This document shows positions 43,701-52,765 of a stretch of DNA of 64,000 bases, piece after piece (within the stretch, counting starts at the first letter, position 1; each line of letters starts with the position of its first letter). The notes beneath the pieces were generated by a model. The model was not told the origin of the DNA. It worked only from the letters and a program-made list of their open reading frames with translations, and did no database searches. The DNA is from an uncultured cyanobacterium (lineage in GTDB: Bacteria > Cyanobacteriota > Cyanobacteriia > PCC-9006 > JAAUQQ01), in assembly GCA_963718615.1 (NCBI GenBank), contig OY970368.1, forward strand, positions 4,320,001 through 4,384,000, in the 5' to 3' direction. The position numbers and the translations under genes were made by a program.

Positions 43701-43833
43701 CCGCCCGCAACTCCACATCCAACAACTCCCGCAGCAACGCCGCACAATCCACCTGCGGCTTCACGACCCGCTGCGCCTCCGCCTCCGCCTCAACCCGCTC
43801 CGTCCGCTTCCCCTTCCCAAACGGCCACACCAT
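40762..43833 (-). CDS. TPR-repeat + CHAT (caspase-like) protease; likely start 43833
   Basis: About 7 TPRs (AWNNRG..L..LGRYEEAIASYDKA); LIPHRDLHRLPLHA, ILHFNGH, LASCET, HPYYWAAF. Confidence 0.92.
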   Translation of the reverse strand: MVWPFGKGKRTERVEAEAEAQRVVKPQVDCAALLRELLDVELRAADVSAGRVKGWLMVRGVKGAVLAEGLPGFWVEEASAERLEALRVLAGLGLEGLSQVAGVLVRAAEPEVEKLEMENNLDLTTILGDQEWSSYCAFSSQERQSKIIQLNQLLHDVQTDEQKAEICRQIGRLWSAEGDSLTFLDAHQNALRSFEQAIELQPNFHKAWTNRGNSLDDLGRYEEAIASYDEALAIKPDSHEACYNRGNSLGNLGRYEEAIASYDKAVEIKPDYHEAWNNRGISLHKLGRNEEALASFDKAIEIKPDYHEACYNRGNSLGNLGRNEEALASYDKALEIKPDLHEAWNNRGNSLHKLGRYEEAIASYDKAIEIKPDYHEACYNRGNSLGNLGRYEEAIASYDKALEIKPDNHEAWFNRGTAFCRLGNPLNLPLLEQIRRQNLDPQPRKSHVEALKKAIPHLSEKTYGFGKIQLALGNAYLKHADKANPMPEWREALRSYYKAEKNIDQHFYPEDFLSVLWGVAHTHLLLNDPIETIEALLRRGSGLRDKIISQAITEEKKELLERTLPNFNQLTVDFHLRQGNPLTALATAEADKNALMTWLLAEAPAPSLSPDQIQQIHQQLPPHQAILYWHHSPNRLTPFLLRPNHPITPHPITPPTPQTALQQITQLETWLKTWNQGYKNHIDKSKTQPKHPKSDWYNTLPDQLNQLAQILQIDALKTQLPPEITHLTLIPHRDLHRLPLHAFFTEYQTTVLPSLQMGQLLRPPMGAPGETNSRTNRCSSLPQPTALTISAPNHEGLAALYHAEAETHLIQALLRPTHSITPISAPDAHKTTVQTALAQGHQILHFNGHASYNFDDPKQSALALANTDLLTVQDLRQISLRSYSLITLASCETALSGNQTITAEYVGLTSALLAQGIPHVLSTIWTVESAASMVFMVEFYRHLQQHPQLGPVAALHHSRQTLPSLTVAQLKTRYDQWLRLDLPANVREFLEEEQGDLDTMEPEQIRYGHPYYWAAFTLTGTGA
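42580..43220. repeat. Near-identical 102-bp tandem units encoding TPRs
   Basis: GCCCCGGTTG..CAGGCTTCGTG..GTCCGGTTTGATTTCGA recurs every 102 bp. Confidence 0.9.
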
Positions 43834-43947
43834 CGCCCCATCTCCCACAAATACCTCCCCGCATTCTCCCAGAGATCCCCCAGCCCATCCGCGTATTTTT
43901 AATAACCTTCAAGAAACCTAAACATTTCGCCAACCCAAGCCCCTGCA

Positions 43948-44011
43948 AGACACCGGGTGTTTGTCTCAAATACCCGCCTCACTTTCCAGAATCGGAAAAC
44001 ACCCGGTGTCT
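43948..44011. repeat. 64-bp element with 13-bp terminal IR AGACACCGGGTGT
   Basis: Same IR and same length as 55532-55595. Confidence 0.8.
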
Positions 44012-44070
44012 GTGGTAGTCTAGTGAGTCGGTTATGAACCATAACAGGGCGTGGGTGTCGAGAAGTACTT

Positions 44071-44313
44071 TCATTCCATGTACTCCCGAAAATCGTCGAG
44101 CGGGGCATTAAAGTCGGGGAGGATGCGGATGAGTCCTCGGGCAGAACCAGGTATGCGACGCTCTTGCGAGGCGGGTTTTAGTTCATGTCCGATCGCGTCG
44201 GTTAGTTGGAGGGCTTGGATGTTGAGGAGGAAGTCAATAAAGTCGAGGACGAGTTTGGCGAGGGGATCGGGGAGTTGGCGGAGTTTGGCGATCGCGGTTT
44301 CGTGGGTGTTCAT
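44071..44313 (-). CDS. DUF2281-type (VapB-like) antitoxin, apparently orphan
   Basis: VLDFIDFL, RIPGSARG..PDFNAPLDDFREY. Confidence 0.8.
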   Translation of the reverse strand: MNTHETAIAKLRQLPDPLAKLVLDFIDFLLNIQALQLTDAIGHELKPASQERRIPGSARGLIRILPDFNAPLDDFREYME

Positions 44314-44794
44314 CGGTCTGTATGGATTGAGTTTGGAGTGCTCTCTATTTTAGCGTTTATCCCTCGGGGGCTAGAAGCTTCTAGAAGCGGGGGTCTGGGC
44401 GCAGGCTGTCGAAGCCTCAGGCCCAGAAGCACCAATTCTTTGTTGCTCAGGCATCTCATCCGGTTCACCCCCCGCTGCGCCGCCGCCCCCGCCTCAACCC
44501 GCTCCTCCCGCTTCCCAAACGGCCACACCATCGCCCCAGCCCCCACAAATACCTCCCCGCATTCTCCCAGAGATTCCCCAGCCCGTCCGCGTATTTTCAA
44601 TAACCTTCAAGAAACCTAAACATTTCGCCAACCCAGACCCCGAAAACACCCCGCGTCTCAACCCAAACACCCATCCCCGTACGGACGGGTTTAGCCCAAA
44701 TCTCCAGCCTCCCATCCAATCAAAACCCGCCAAAACCCGCCTCGCCCCCAGCCATGCTAGCCTTAGCTCAATGGCCCTTCCCACACCACAGCCC

Positions 44795-45055
44795 ATGACC
44801 GCCAAAGATCGACTCCTCCAAGAACTTGACCAAACCCCAGACTTCCTCATCGAAGAAGTCCTTCACTTTCTTCTCTTCCTCAAAAATCGCCTCTTCAACC
44901 GCCTCCCACAACCCAACACGCCTAAAGAAGAAAGCCTCCTCAATTGGGTCGATAGCTTAACCACCCAAGTCCCAGAAACCGCTTGGCAACAAGTCCCCAC
45001 CGACCTCGCCCAAAACCTCGATCACTATCTCTACGGCTCCCCCAAAGAATCGTGA
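44795..45055 (+). CDS. Antitoxin (DUF2281-like)
   Basis: LLQELDQTPD.LIEEVLHFL, PTDLAQNLDHYLYG; GTGA overlap with the PIN gene. Confidence 0.8.
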   Translation: MTAKDRLLQELDQTPDFLIEEVLHFLLFLKNRLFNRLPQPNTPKEESLLNWVDSLTTQVPETAWQQVPTDLAQNLDHYLYGSPKES

Positions 45056-45462
45056 AAACCGTTTTTGCAGATACCGGCTACTGGATTGCTATCCTCAACC
45101 CCACAGATAGCCTTCACGAGCGAGCCCGCCAGGTAACCCAACAATTAGGAGCCGTCAAAATTATCACCAGCGAGATGGTTTTAACAGAACTCCTCAATGC
45201 CTTTTCCAGCAAGGGCAATCGACTACGTTCTCTTGCCGCCAACTTTGTCACACAAGCGATTACTCGTTCAGACATAGAAGTCATCGCAAAGTCTTCGGAG
45301 TTGTTTCAGCAGTCTTTGTTCCTCTACACACAACGACCAGATCAAGACTGGAGTCAAACCGACTGCGCCTCATTTGTACTGATGCAACAAAACGGCATTA
45401 CAGAAGCACTCGCCTACGACAAACATTTCGAGCAGGCTGGATTCATTGCACTTTTACGCTAA
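45052..45462 (+). CDS. vapC: VapC/PIN-domain toxin (GTG start)
   Basis: VFADTGYWIA, VLTE, SQTDCASF, YDKHFEQAGF. Confidence 0.9.
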   Translation: MKTVFADTGYWIAILNPTDSLHERARQVTQQLGAVKIITSEMVLTELLNAFSSKGNRLRSLAANFVTQAITRSDIEVIAKSSELFQQSLFLYTQRPDQDWSQTDCASFVLMQQNGITEALAYDKHFEQAGFIALLR

Positions 45463-45765
45463 AACATCGCCCCATCTCCCACAAATACCTCCCCGCATTC
45501 TCCCAGAGATCCCCCAGCCCGTCCGCGTATTTTCAACCACTCGGAAAACAATTTACATTTTAAGTAAAGAGACAATGAACAGAGTACGATTCCGTTCTTT
45601 CTTCCTTCAAGGTAAGGAATCCAGAGTCAGCCTTCAGGGTGTGACGATTGCCTAATAGGGGCTCACTAGGCCGCTAGGCAAGCCTAAAGCCGCGATCGCC
45701 CCAAAACTGTTACAGTGAAGTCAAAATTTTCAAATCTTCGTAACAGTCCTTCGCAGCTCTCCACC

Positions 45766-46983
45766 ATGGTTTCGGCCCCCCTCTCCCTCCAAACCTCCCC
45801 CATTCGCCCCGCGATCCAAGCCCTCCAAGAGGATCTCGTTATCTGGCGGCGGCATCTGCACCAGTACCCAGAGCTAGGGTTCCAGGAAGAGCAAACCGCC
45901 CAGTTCATCGCCGAAAAACTCACCACCTGGGGCATTGAACATCAGACCGGCATTGCAGAAACCGGCATTGTCGCCCTCATTCCCGGCAACGCCCCTGGAC
46001 CCGTTCTCGCCATTCGCGCAGATATCGACGCGCTGCCCGTGCAAGAGCAAAATGAGGTGCCCTATCGATCGCGCCACACCGGCAAAATGCATGCCTGCGG
46101 TCATGATGGCCATACGGCGATCGCCCTCGGTCTCGCCCGCTATCTCAGCCAGTACAGCGACTTCCCAGGCACCGTCAAAATCATCTTCCAACCCGCAGAA
46201 GAAGGCCCCGGCGGCGCAAAACCCATGGTCAAAGCCGGAGTGCTCAAAAACCCCGATGTAGATGCGATTATTGGCCTACACCTTTGGAATAACTTGCCCC
46301 TAGGCACCGTAGGCGTGCGCAGTGGCCCGATGATGGCAGCGGTAGAACTATTTGACTGCATCATCGAAGGCAAGGGCGGCCATGGCGCAATGCCCCATCA
46401 AACCGTAGATTCCATTGTCGTCGGTTCGCAAATTGTCACTGCATTGCAAAGCATTGTGGCCCGCAATGTCGATCCGATTGATTCAGCGGTTATAACCGTA
46501 GGGTCATTCCATTCCGGTACAACCCACAATGTGATTGCAGATAAGGCAACCCTAACGGGGACAACACGCTATTTCAATCGTCGGTACGAAGGCTTTTTGC
46601 AGGACCGGATCGAGGCCATTATTAAGGGCATTTGTGAAATGCATGGGGCAAAGTATAGCCTCAACTATTGGCAACTGTATCCCCCGGTCATTAATCATCC
46701 TAAAATTGCAGAATTGGTGCGATCGATCGCTGAATCAGTCGTCGAAACCCCGGCGGGTGTCGTACCGGAATGTCAGACCATGGGCGGTGAAGATATGTCA
46801 TTCTTTTTGCAAGAGGTACCGGGTTGCTATTTTTTCCTGGGCACAGCCAATCTCAGCAAAGGTTTGTCCTATCCCCACCATCATCCTCGGTTTGACTTTG
46901 ATGAAACGGCCTTGGGCATGGGAGTGGAGATCTTCGCTCGCTGTGTGGAGAAGTTTTGTCAGCAACCAGCGTCAAACCTTTGA
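45766..46983 (+). CDS. M20 family amidohydrolase
   Basis: RRHLHQYPELGFQE, MHACGHDGH, FQPAEEG, GEDMS, HHHPRF. Confidence 0.93.
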   Translation: MVSAPLSLQTSPIRPAIQALQEDLVIWRRHLHQYPELGFQEEQTAQFIAEKLTTWGIEHQTGIAETGIVALIPGNAPGPVLAIRADIDALPVQEQNEVPYRSRHTGKMHACGHDGHTAIALGLARYLSQYSDFPGTVKIIFQPAEEGPGGAKPMVKAGVLKNPDVDAIIGLHLWNNLPLGTVGVRSGPMMAAVELFDCIIEGKGGHGAMPHQTVDSIVVGSQIVTALQSIVARNVDPIDSAVITVGSFHSGTTHNVIADKATLTGTTRYFNRRYEGFLQDRIEAIIKGICEMHGAKYSLNYWQLYPPVINHPKIAELVRSIAESVVETPAGVVPECQTMGGEDMSFFLQEVPGCYFFLGTANLSKGLSYPHHHPRFDFDETALGMGVEIFARCVEKFCQQPASNL

Positions 46984-47015
46984 ATGTCAGAACCTTGAGG
47001 GAGCTACAGTTCTTT

Positions 47016-47774
47016 TCAGGCAGCATCCTGCTTGAGTAGTCCAATTACAGCTTTGCGATAGCAATCGAAGCGAGGATCTTGCCGAATACTAGGAGGGCGG
47101 GAATTGCCGAGGTCGATCGCAAACTCAGCCTGGACCTTGCCGGGATGGGACGTCAAGACATAAAGCCGTTGCGATAGGATGATGGCCTCATCAATGTCGT
47201 GGGTAATCATCAAAATGCTGATGCCCGTTTGTTGCCAAAGCTCCCGCATAAACTGCTGCATGGTTTCCTTGGTTTGTACATCCAGGGCACCGAAGGGTTC
47301 ATCCATGAGCAAGATTTTGGGTTGGCTGGTGAGGGCGCGGGCGATCGCCACCCGTTGTTTCATCCCCCCAGACAGTTGCTTCGGCAAGGATTGAGCAAAA
47401 TCCGTCAGCCCCACCATATTCAAATAATAAGACGCACATTCGCGGCGGGTCCTGGGATCAACCCCTTGAAGTTTGAGGCCAAATTCAACATTTCTCTGGA
47501 TCGTCATCCAAGGGTAGAGGGTGTAGTCCTGAAATACCATACCGCGATCGGCACCGGGTCCTGTGATGATTTCATCGTCCACTTGCAAACTTCCCCGAGT
47601 GGGGAGTTCAAGGCCCGCCACGAGACGAAGAAGCGTCGATTTACCCGAACCGGAAGCTCCCACGACACAAACAAATTCCCCCTGTTCGACATGAAGGTTA
47701 ATGTTCTCCAGGGCTGTAATTGAACCTTCTGGCGTCGGGAACTGCTTCGTCAAATTACAAACTTCGAGATGCAT
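47016..47774 (-). CDS. ABC ATPase (NitT/TauT type), guanidine uptake by context
   Basis: GASGSGKST, LSGGMKQR, LLMDEPF. Confidence 0.9.
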   Translation of the reverse strand: MHLEVCNLTKQFPTPEGSITALENINLHVEQGEFVCVVGASGSGKSTLLRLVAGLELPTRGSLQVDDEIITGPGADRGMVFQDYTLYPWMTIQRNVEFGLKLQGVDPRTRRECASYYLNMVGLTDFAQSLPKQLSGGMKQRVAIARALTSQPKILLMDEPFGALDVQTKETMQQFMRELWQQTGISILMITHDIDEAIILSQRLYVLTSHPGKVQAEFAIDLGNSRPPSIRQDPRFDCYRKAVIGLLKQDAA

Positions 47775-47847
47775 GGAGAAACGGCTTGGAGAATGTCGGA
47801 AACAGCAAGGGAAAGGATGGATCTAAATCCTGAAACCAAGGGTTTTG

Positions 47848-48705
47848 TTAAGCATCAAGGGACCAGCGACAAGTGGCTTTTAGCAACCCTTTGAGGGAGA
47901 GATCAATGGCAAAACCAATTAGACCCAGGACAATCAGATAGGCAAAGATTTCGTCCGTGCGGAAAAACTTTTGGGCGATCGCAATCCGCTTCCCCAAGCC
48001 CTCATTGGCTGCAATCAATTCTGCCACAACTACCAAATTCCAAGCGGCTGCCATGTTGATCCGAAAAGCATCTAAAATATTGGGAAAAACGTAGGGGGCA
48101 ATCACCTGAGATAGGGTTTGCCAACGGGAACCACCGAGGGTGTAAGTTGTTTCTAACAGGTGCTTTGGCACAAACTTGACCGCATCCATAATCATCAGCG
48201 TGTTGAAGAAGATTACGCCGATAAAAATGAGGGCAATTTTAGGGGATTCGTCGAGTCCTAAATAAATGATTAATAGGGGAATGAAGGCGGGAGCAGGCAT
48301 GTAGCGGACAATGCCGATGATGGGTTCTAGGAGCGATCGCACCGTCGCAAAGGCTCCCATGCAAATGCCTACCGGAATAGAAATGATTGCCGCAATCAAA
48401 AAGCCAAGTCCTACCCGACTGATACTGGCCGTTGCATCTTCAACAAATAGCCCCTGTTCGATCAATTTCTGCAAGGCTTCTAGCACCATCAAGGGAGAGG
48501 GCAGAAACTTGGGATTAACCCAGCCCGTTTGGGTCACTAACTCCCAAAGTCCCAAGGGAAGCAGCACCGACAAAACCCGCAGTCCCCAATCAAGTTTGGG
48601 GGGAAGTTCTGAACTCAATTGCCAAAACTGATTGGGCTTAAACCGTTTCCGAGGCGGTAAATCGAGGGACGCAAAATGGGTTGGGGTTTGGAGTTGTGCA
48701 GTCAT
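47848..48705 (-). CDS. ABC permease (NitT/TauT type)
   Basis: FLPSP, RYMPAPAFIPL, VVAELIAA..GLG. Confidence 0.9.
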   Translation of the reverse strand: MTAQLQTPTHFASLDLPPRKRFKPNQFWQLSSELPPKLDWGLRVLSVLLPLGLWELVTQTGWVNPKFLPSPLMVLEALQKLIEQGLFVEDATASISRVGLGFLIAAIISIPVGICMGAFATVRSLLEPIIGIVRYMPAPAFIPLLIIYLGLDESPKIALIFIGVIFFNTLMIMDAVKFVPKHLLETTYTLGGSRWQTLSQVIAPYVFPNILDAFRINMAAAWNLVVVAELIAANEGLGKRIAIAQKFFRTDEIFAYLIVLGLIGFAIDLSLKGLLKATCRWSLDA

Positions 48706-48813
48706 TGGAGTTGTGGATGGAGTGAAGTTATACAAACTGAATGGCGATAACTGATGGCGATAACTGATAGCTACAATACAATGGCGAACATTTCTACGAT
48801 GTTCTACTGTTTA

Positions 48814-49851
48814 CTACTTTGTAGCAGCATAGGCCTTGACGAATTGATCATCGAGCAGGGGCTCAAGGGGTGGGGCAGATGGAATAAATTTAACGCTTAC
48901 CATGAAGTCTGCCATTTGTTTCGCTGCATAGGGCATATATTCCATACCTTCGCCCTGACTAAAGGCCTTGAGATTGTCTTCAATCGAGAACATTTTGGTT
49001 CCCTGCTTCAACGACTGCAATTCCTCAACCGTAATACCCGCCCGTTTAGCCATGATTTCGTCAGATTTTGCCGGATTGGCTGCCATAAATTCAAGGGTAT
49101 CAAACCAGGTTTTGACGATCGCCTGCACCTCATCCGGACGCTCATCAATCAGTTTTTGGCTCACTACGAGCAGATCCGGAATGGCTCCCGGATAGTCCGC
49201 TGAGCTCAACAGCTCCTTACTCCCCTCCCGTTCCAGCGCCGTCAGCCAAAAGGGTGGAAAAGCACCCACGGCATCTGCTTGCCCTGCGGCAAAAGCCGCT
49301 GCGGCTGCTCCCGTTTCTAAGGGAACAATCTCAATGTCTTCGCGACTCATGCCTGCATCTTTGAGGGCGAGCGTCAGTAGAAAATCATCCACCACGCCTT
49401 CTTCGATCGCCACTTTCTTCCCTTTCAAATCCTGAATTGAGTTGATCTCTTTGGAAACAATAATCTTGTCATTGCCCGCTGAGTTATCGTTGACGAGAAC
49501 CGCCACTTGGCCGTTTACAGAATCAGCCGCAAAGGAAATTGTGTCATTCAGCGTCTGGGTATTGCCATCGAGCTGTCCGGCGGCAAAGGCTTCCATGGAT
49601 TGGATATAGCCATCGAACCAGCGCATTTCCACATTGACATTGTTGGTCTTGAACAACCCTTCTTGTTCGGCGATCGCCCAAGGCCACCAACCGGGCCAAT
49701 TACTATAGCCAATCACAATCGGTTTAGTTGCGGATGTTGTATCACTTGAGTTGTTGCCCGCCGTATCAGGACTAGAAGCGCTACAACTAACGGTCAGAAG
49801 AACCGTGCAGAAAAAAACAAGGCAAAGGGAAAGTAAGTTTCTTCGTTTCAT
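48814..49851 (-). CDS. ABC substrate-binding lipoprotein, guanidine-binding by context
   Basis: Lipobox [24 protein letters not shown]; ATGA overlap with the hypB-like gene. Confidence 0.88.
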   Translation of the reverse strand: MKRRNLLSLCLVFFCTVLLTVSCSASSPDTAGNNSSDTTSATKPIVIGYSNWPGWWPWAIAEQEGLFKTNNVNVEMRWFDGYIQSMEAFAAGQLDGNTQTLNDTISFAADSVNGQVAVLVNDNSAGNDKIIVSKEINSIQDLKGKKVAIEEGVVDDFLLTLALKDAGMSREDIEIVPLETGAAAAAFAAGQADAVGAFPPFWLTALEREGSKELLSSADYPGAIPDLLVVSQKLIDERPDEVQAIVKTWFDTLEFMAANPAKSDEIMAKRAGITVEELQSLKQGTKMFSIEDNLKAFSQGEGMEYMPYAAKQMADFMVSVKFIPSAPPLEPLLDDQFVKAYAATK

Positions 49852-50570
49852 GGTTTCAATGGCAATGAACACACAGATCGTAAAGTTGATGCGCCGATTC
49901 GCAGTGGGGCGATCGCCCGCACCCAATCCAGCCACGCTTCAAACCCTTCACCCGTCTTGGCAGACAGCAGAATGATCGTCGCCTGGGTATTGATTTGGCG
50001 AATATTGTGGATAATCGTTTCGAGGTTCACATCCAAATAGGGAACCAAATCGGTTTTGGTAATCAGCAAACAATCTGCCTCGCGAAACATAATCGGATAT
50101 TTCAGCGGTTTGTCTTCCCCTTCGGTGATGCTAAGCAGCGCCACCTTGGCATGTTCTCCCACTTCAAATTCTGCGGGACAAACCAAGTTTCCGACGTTCT
50201 CTACGAATACGAGATCGAGTGATTGGGGCTCTTGCTCTTGCTCCAGTTGGATCATGCCACCTGCCACCATTTTGGCATCGAGATGACAAGCCCTGCCGGT
50301 GTTGATGGCGATCACTGGAGCTCCAGTTTGGCGCAGGCGCTCCGCATCCAGTTGCGTGGTCATATCCCCTTCAATCACCGCCATGTTGAGTTCTGGGGCA
50401 AGTCGGGCTAGGGTACGCTCCAATAGTTGCGTTTTGCCTGCGCCGGGGCTGCTCATTAGGTTAAGACAGATGACACCCCAATGGTCGAAGCGATCGCGAT
50501 TATCATCGGCAAGGTGTTGATTGGCGTGAAGCAAATTGATTTCTAGGGCCGCGTCCATGGTTTGGTGCAT
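49848..50570 (-). CDS. hypB: HypB-like Ni GTPase (GhaB-type chaperone)
   Basis: [33 protein letters not shown]. Confidence 0.9.
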   Translation of the reverse strand: MHQTMDAALEINLLHANQHLADDNRDRFDHWGVICLNLMSSPGAGKTQLLERTLARLAPELNMAVIEGDMTTQLDAERLRQTGAPVIAINTGRACHLDAKMVAGGMIQLEQEQEPQSLDLVFVENVGNLVCPAEFEVGEHAKVALLSITEGEDKPLKYPIMFREADCLLITKTDLVPYLDVNLETIIHNIRQINTQATIILLSAKTGEGFEAWLDWVRAIAPLRIGASTLRSVCSLPLKP

Positions 50571-50609
50571 ATCCAACCTCTGTTTTAATAAAGGGTTCTA
50601 AAAAGAGTT

Positions 50610-50969
50610 CTAAGATGAAACCTCAAAAAATTCCACCCGATTAATTTTGAGTTCACGTCCTGAGCGAATATCTTCCATCGGACTTTGGCAGACTGGGCAG
50701 GCATATTGCAGACCGATCAGAGGAGAATATTCCCGTTGGCAAGGATGACAATAGGCCAGGAGGGGAATCTCTTGAATCACCAACTTTGCCTCGGCTAAAC
50801 AGGTATTTTGCCGCTGAATTTGAAAGGCAAACTGGAGGCTCGCGGGCTCAACGCAGGTAAATGCTCCAACAGTCAGATGCACCGCCCTAATCGATCGAGG
50901 CTCGGGTTGCTCCGCCATCCAGTCCTGAACGGTGAGGATGAGTGCTTTTGTCATATCCGTTTCGTGCAT
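50610..50969 (-). CDS. hypA: HypA-like Ni chaperone (GhaA-type)
   Basis: MHE start, CxxC...CPxC, SGREL; GGAGGAGA RBS. Confidence 0.9.
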   Translation of the reverse strand: MHETDMTKALILTVQDWMAEQPEPRSIRAVHLTVGAFTCVEPASLQFAFQIQRQNTCLAEAKLVIQEIPLLAYCHPCQREYSPLIGLQYACPVCQSPMEDIRSGRELKINRVEFFEVSS

Positions 50970-50980
50970 GGTCTCTCCTC

Positions 50981-52153
50981 CTATTGCCAGCCGCTGCCCA
51001 CATCCAGGTTGGCCTCTGCTTGGATGTAGTCCGGTTTTGCTGCACGAGGCAGTTTTCCGGACAACACAAGATGGGCCATCGTGTCGCAAATCACCCTGGT
51101 GGCCATGAGCGATGTGATGTCGCTGATGTCGTAGGGCGGCGAAACCTCAACGATTTCTAGGCCACAAACCGGTGCTTTTTCGACGATTTTACCTAGCATA
51201 TAGAGCGCTTCTCGGGGTAGCAGTCCTCCTGGTTCTGGCCAGCCCGTCCCCGGTACAAAGCCTGCATCAATGCAATCAATATCAAAGCTAATGTAGACAC
51301 AATCCGTGCCATCCATGGCCCGCTCTAGAGCAAAGTCCACCGCCGCATCTAGGCCCATACTGGTAATATCTGTGACCGTGAGGATATTGGTGGCCCGCTC
51401 CCGGCAGACTTTGACCCCCTGGCGAGGCACTTGCCACCCCCCAATGCCGAGCTGCACGAGGTTTTTTGCAGGCGCATTTTCCATGTTGGTGGCATGAAAC
51501 CAAGGGCAGGTGTGCATGCGCTCATCAAGGTCTGTTTCTTGGGTATCGACATGGCGATCGAAGTGAATAATGCCAACTTTCTTATCACCTAAATGTCGGC
51601 AAATGCCACGCACTGTTGGAAATCCAATGGAATGGTCGCCGCCTAAAATGATTGGGAAGGCACCAGAAGCAAAAATGTGAGCGATGCCCTTGGAAATCTG
51701 ATCAAAGGATTTTTCGTTGTTGGCTGGAATCGTAAAGATATCACCCACATCACAGAGCGTAATCTGTTCTCTTAGATCAATCCCCAGCTCGAAATTATAG
51801 GGAGTATACAGGGCAGAAATACGGCGAATTCCCTGGGGACCAAAGCGGGTGCCGGGGCGATAGGTCGTGCCGGAATCATGGGGCACCCCGACGATCGCCA
51901 CATCAAATTCACCCACCCGACGAACATCTTCAACGTAGGGGGCCTTGAGAAAGGTGTTAATACCGGCGTAGTGGGGGAGTTCGCCTCGGGAAAAGGTGGG
52001 AATGGAGCGATCGCGAATACTCTCCGCCGCTTCTAGGCCAAATTCTAAACCTTGGGATACTTCCTGCTGCCACCCGGTTAAGGGCAGTCGAGCCTCCTTT
52101 TCAAGTGCTTGCTGGGCTTCGCTGGGAGGCTGAAAGGTGGGTTGTTCGGTCAT
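50981..52153 (-). CDS. gdmH: Ni-dependent guanidine hydrolase (ureohydrolase family)
   Basis: GGDHS, DRHVD, HTCPW, SFDIDC, PGTGWPEPGG; riboswitch plus hypA/hypB/ABC context as in the known cyanobacterial operon. Confidence 0.9.
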   Translation of the reverse strand: MTEQPTFQPPSEAQQALEKEARLPLTGWQQEVSQGLEFGLEAAESIRDRSIPTFSRGELPHYAGINTFLKAPYVEDVRRVGEFDVAIVGVPHDSGTTYRPGTRFGPQGIRRISALYTPYNFELGIDLREQITLCDVGDIFTIPANNEKSFDQISKGIAHIFASGAFPIILGGDHSIGFPTVRGICRHLGDKKVGIIHFDRHVDTQETDLDERMHTCPWFHATNMENAPAKNLVQLGIGGWQVPRQGVKVCRERATNILTVTDITSMGLDAAVDFALERAMDGTDCVYISFDIDCIDAGFVPGTGWPEPGGLLPREALYMLGKIVEKAPVCGLEIVEVSPPYDISDITSLMATRVICDTMAHLVLSGKLPRAAKPDYIQAEANLDVGSGWQ

Positions 52154-52246
52154 CACACAGTCCAAAATTAGGTGACATGTGTAGACACATCGCTCGCACA
52201 ACTAAGCCCGGCAGAGGTAAGCTGTAGCAAAGCCAAGCGTCTACCT

Positions 52247-52408
52247 TCTCCCGGGCTTTTATCCCGCCGTGTACTAAGGGACTTGAAGAAATCTGTTACC
52301 CCTTAGCGGCTTCTCTCGGACCAGTCATCTAGCGCCAATAGCCACCTTAATTGCTGACAAAAACTATAGGTGTTACTATGATGCTGCTAAATCGGAACCC
52401 TAGAAGCT
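52247..52408 (-). ncRNA. Guanidine-I (ykkC-yxkD) riboswitch
   Basis: Minus strand CUAGGGUUCCG...UGGUCCGAGAG...ACACGGCGGGAUAAAAGCCCGGGAG. Confidence 0.93.
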
Positions 52409-52765
52409 ATCTCTTTTTATTGATGCAAAACTTGCCAGAGACAATGGGCCTTTGACATGGATTGCTATTCTACCCTTACTAAATTGATACCAATGACTTG
52501 GCGGAGCTTCTGTATCAACCACAACGGAATCAGAAGTTGGCGCAGACTTCTGTGGCTTCTACCCTGTTTTTACGGTTAATTGAGACACATTATAGTAATC
52601 TGTAAACGACCCAGGTAATACATCTGATACGGTACTACGCTTGGTCCTTTATTTTGATTTTGATAGGTCACCGCAGTTTCGGTCAGGGTTGTAGATGGGG
52701 AGTCAAGCCATCGTCATACTCTCCCAGAGCCGTATACTTGAGGCCGTTCTCTATGCCGGTCTCCC

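Larger units (their letters stand above)
43760..45536. repeat. Three copies of the TPR-CHAT leader/start region (43760-43937, 44464-44635, 45465-45536)
   Basis: Shared CATCGCCCCA..CCCACAAATACCTCCCCGCATTCTCCCAGAGAT.CCCCAGCCC.TCCGCGTATTTT. Confidence 0.92.

Noticed and set aside
43760-45536. Repeats as a CRISPR array or integron attC sites
   Set aside because: Units are 70-180 bp with gene-sized gaps; no cas or integrase genes and no clear attC-type palindrome.
45766-46983. M20 amidohydrolase as part of the guanidine pathway
   Set aside because: Convergent orientation and a widespread stand-alone family; no evidence of linkage.
49848-50969. hypA/hypB as hydrogenase maturation genes
   Set aside because: No hydrogenase genes nearby; they are embedded in the guanidine hydrolase operon.
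52512-52525. NtcA site GTA-N8-AAC upstream of the riboswitch
   Set aside because: Imperfect, and about 39 nt from the candidate -10 box (TAGAAT) instead of the canonical about 22; plausible but unsupported.
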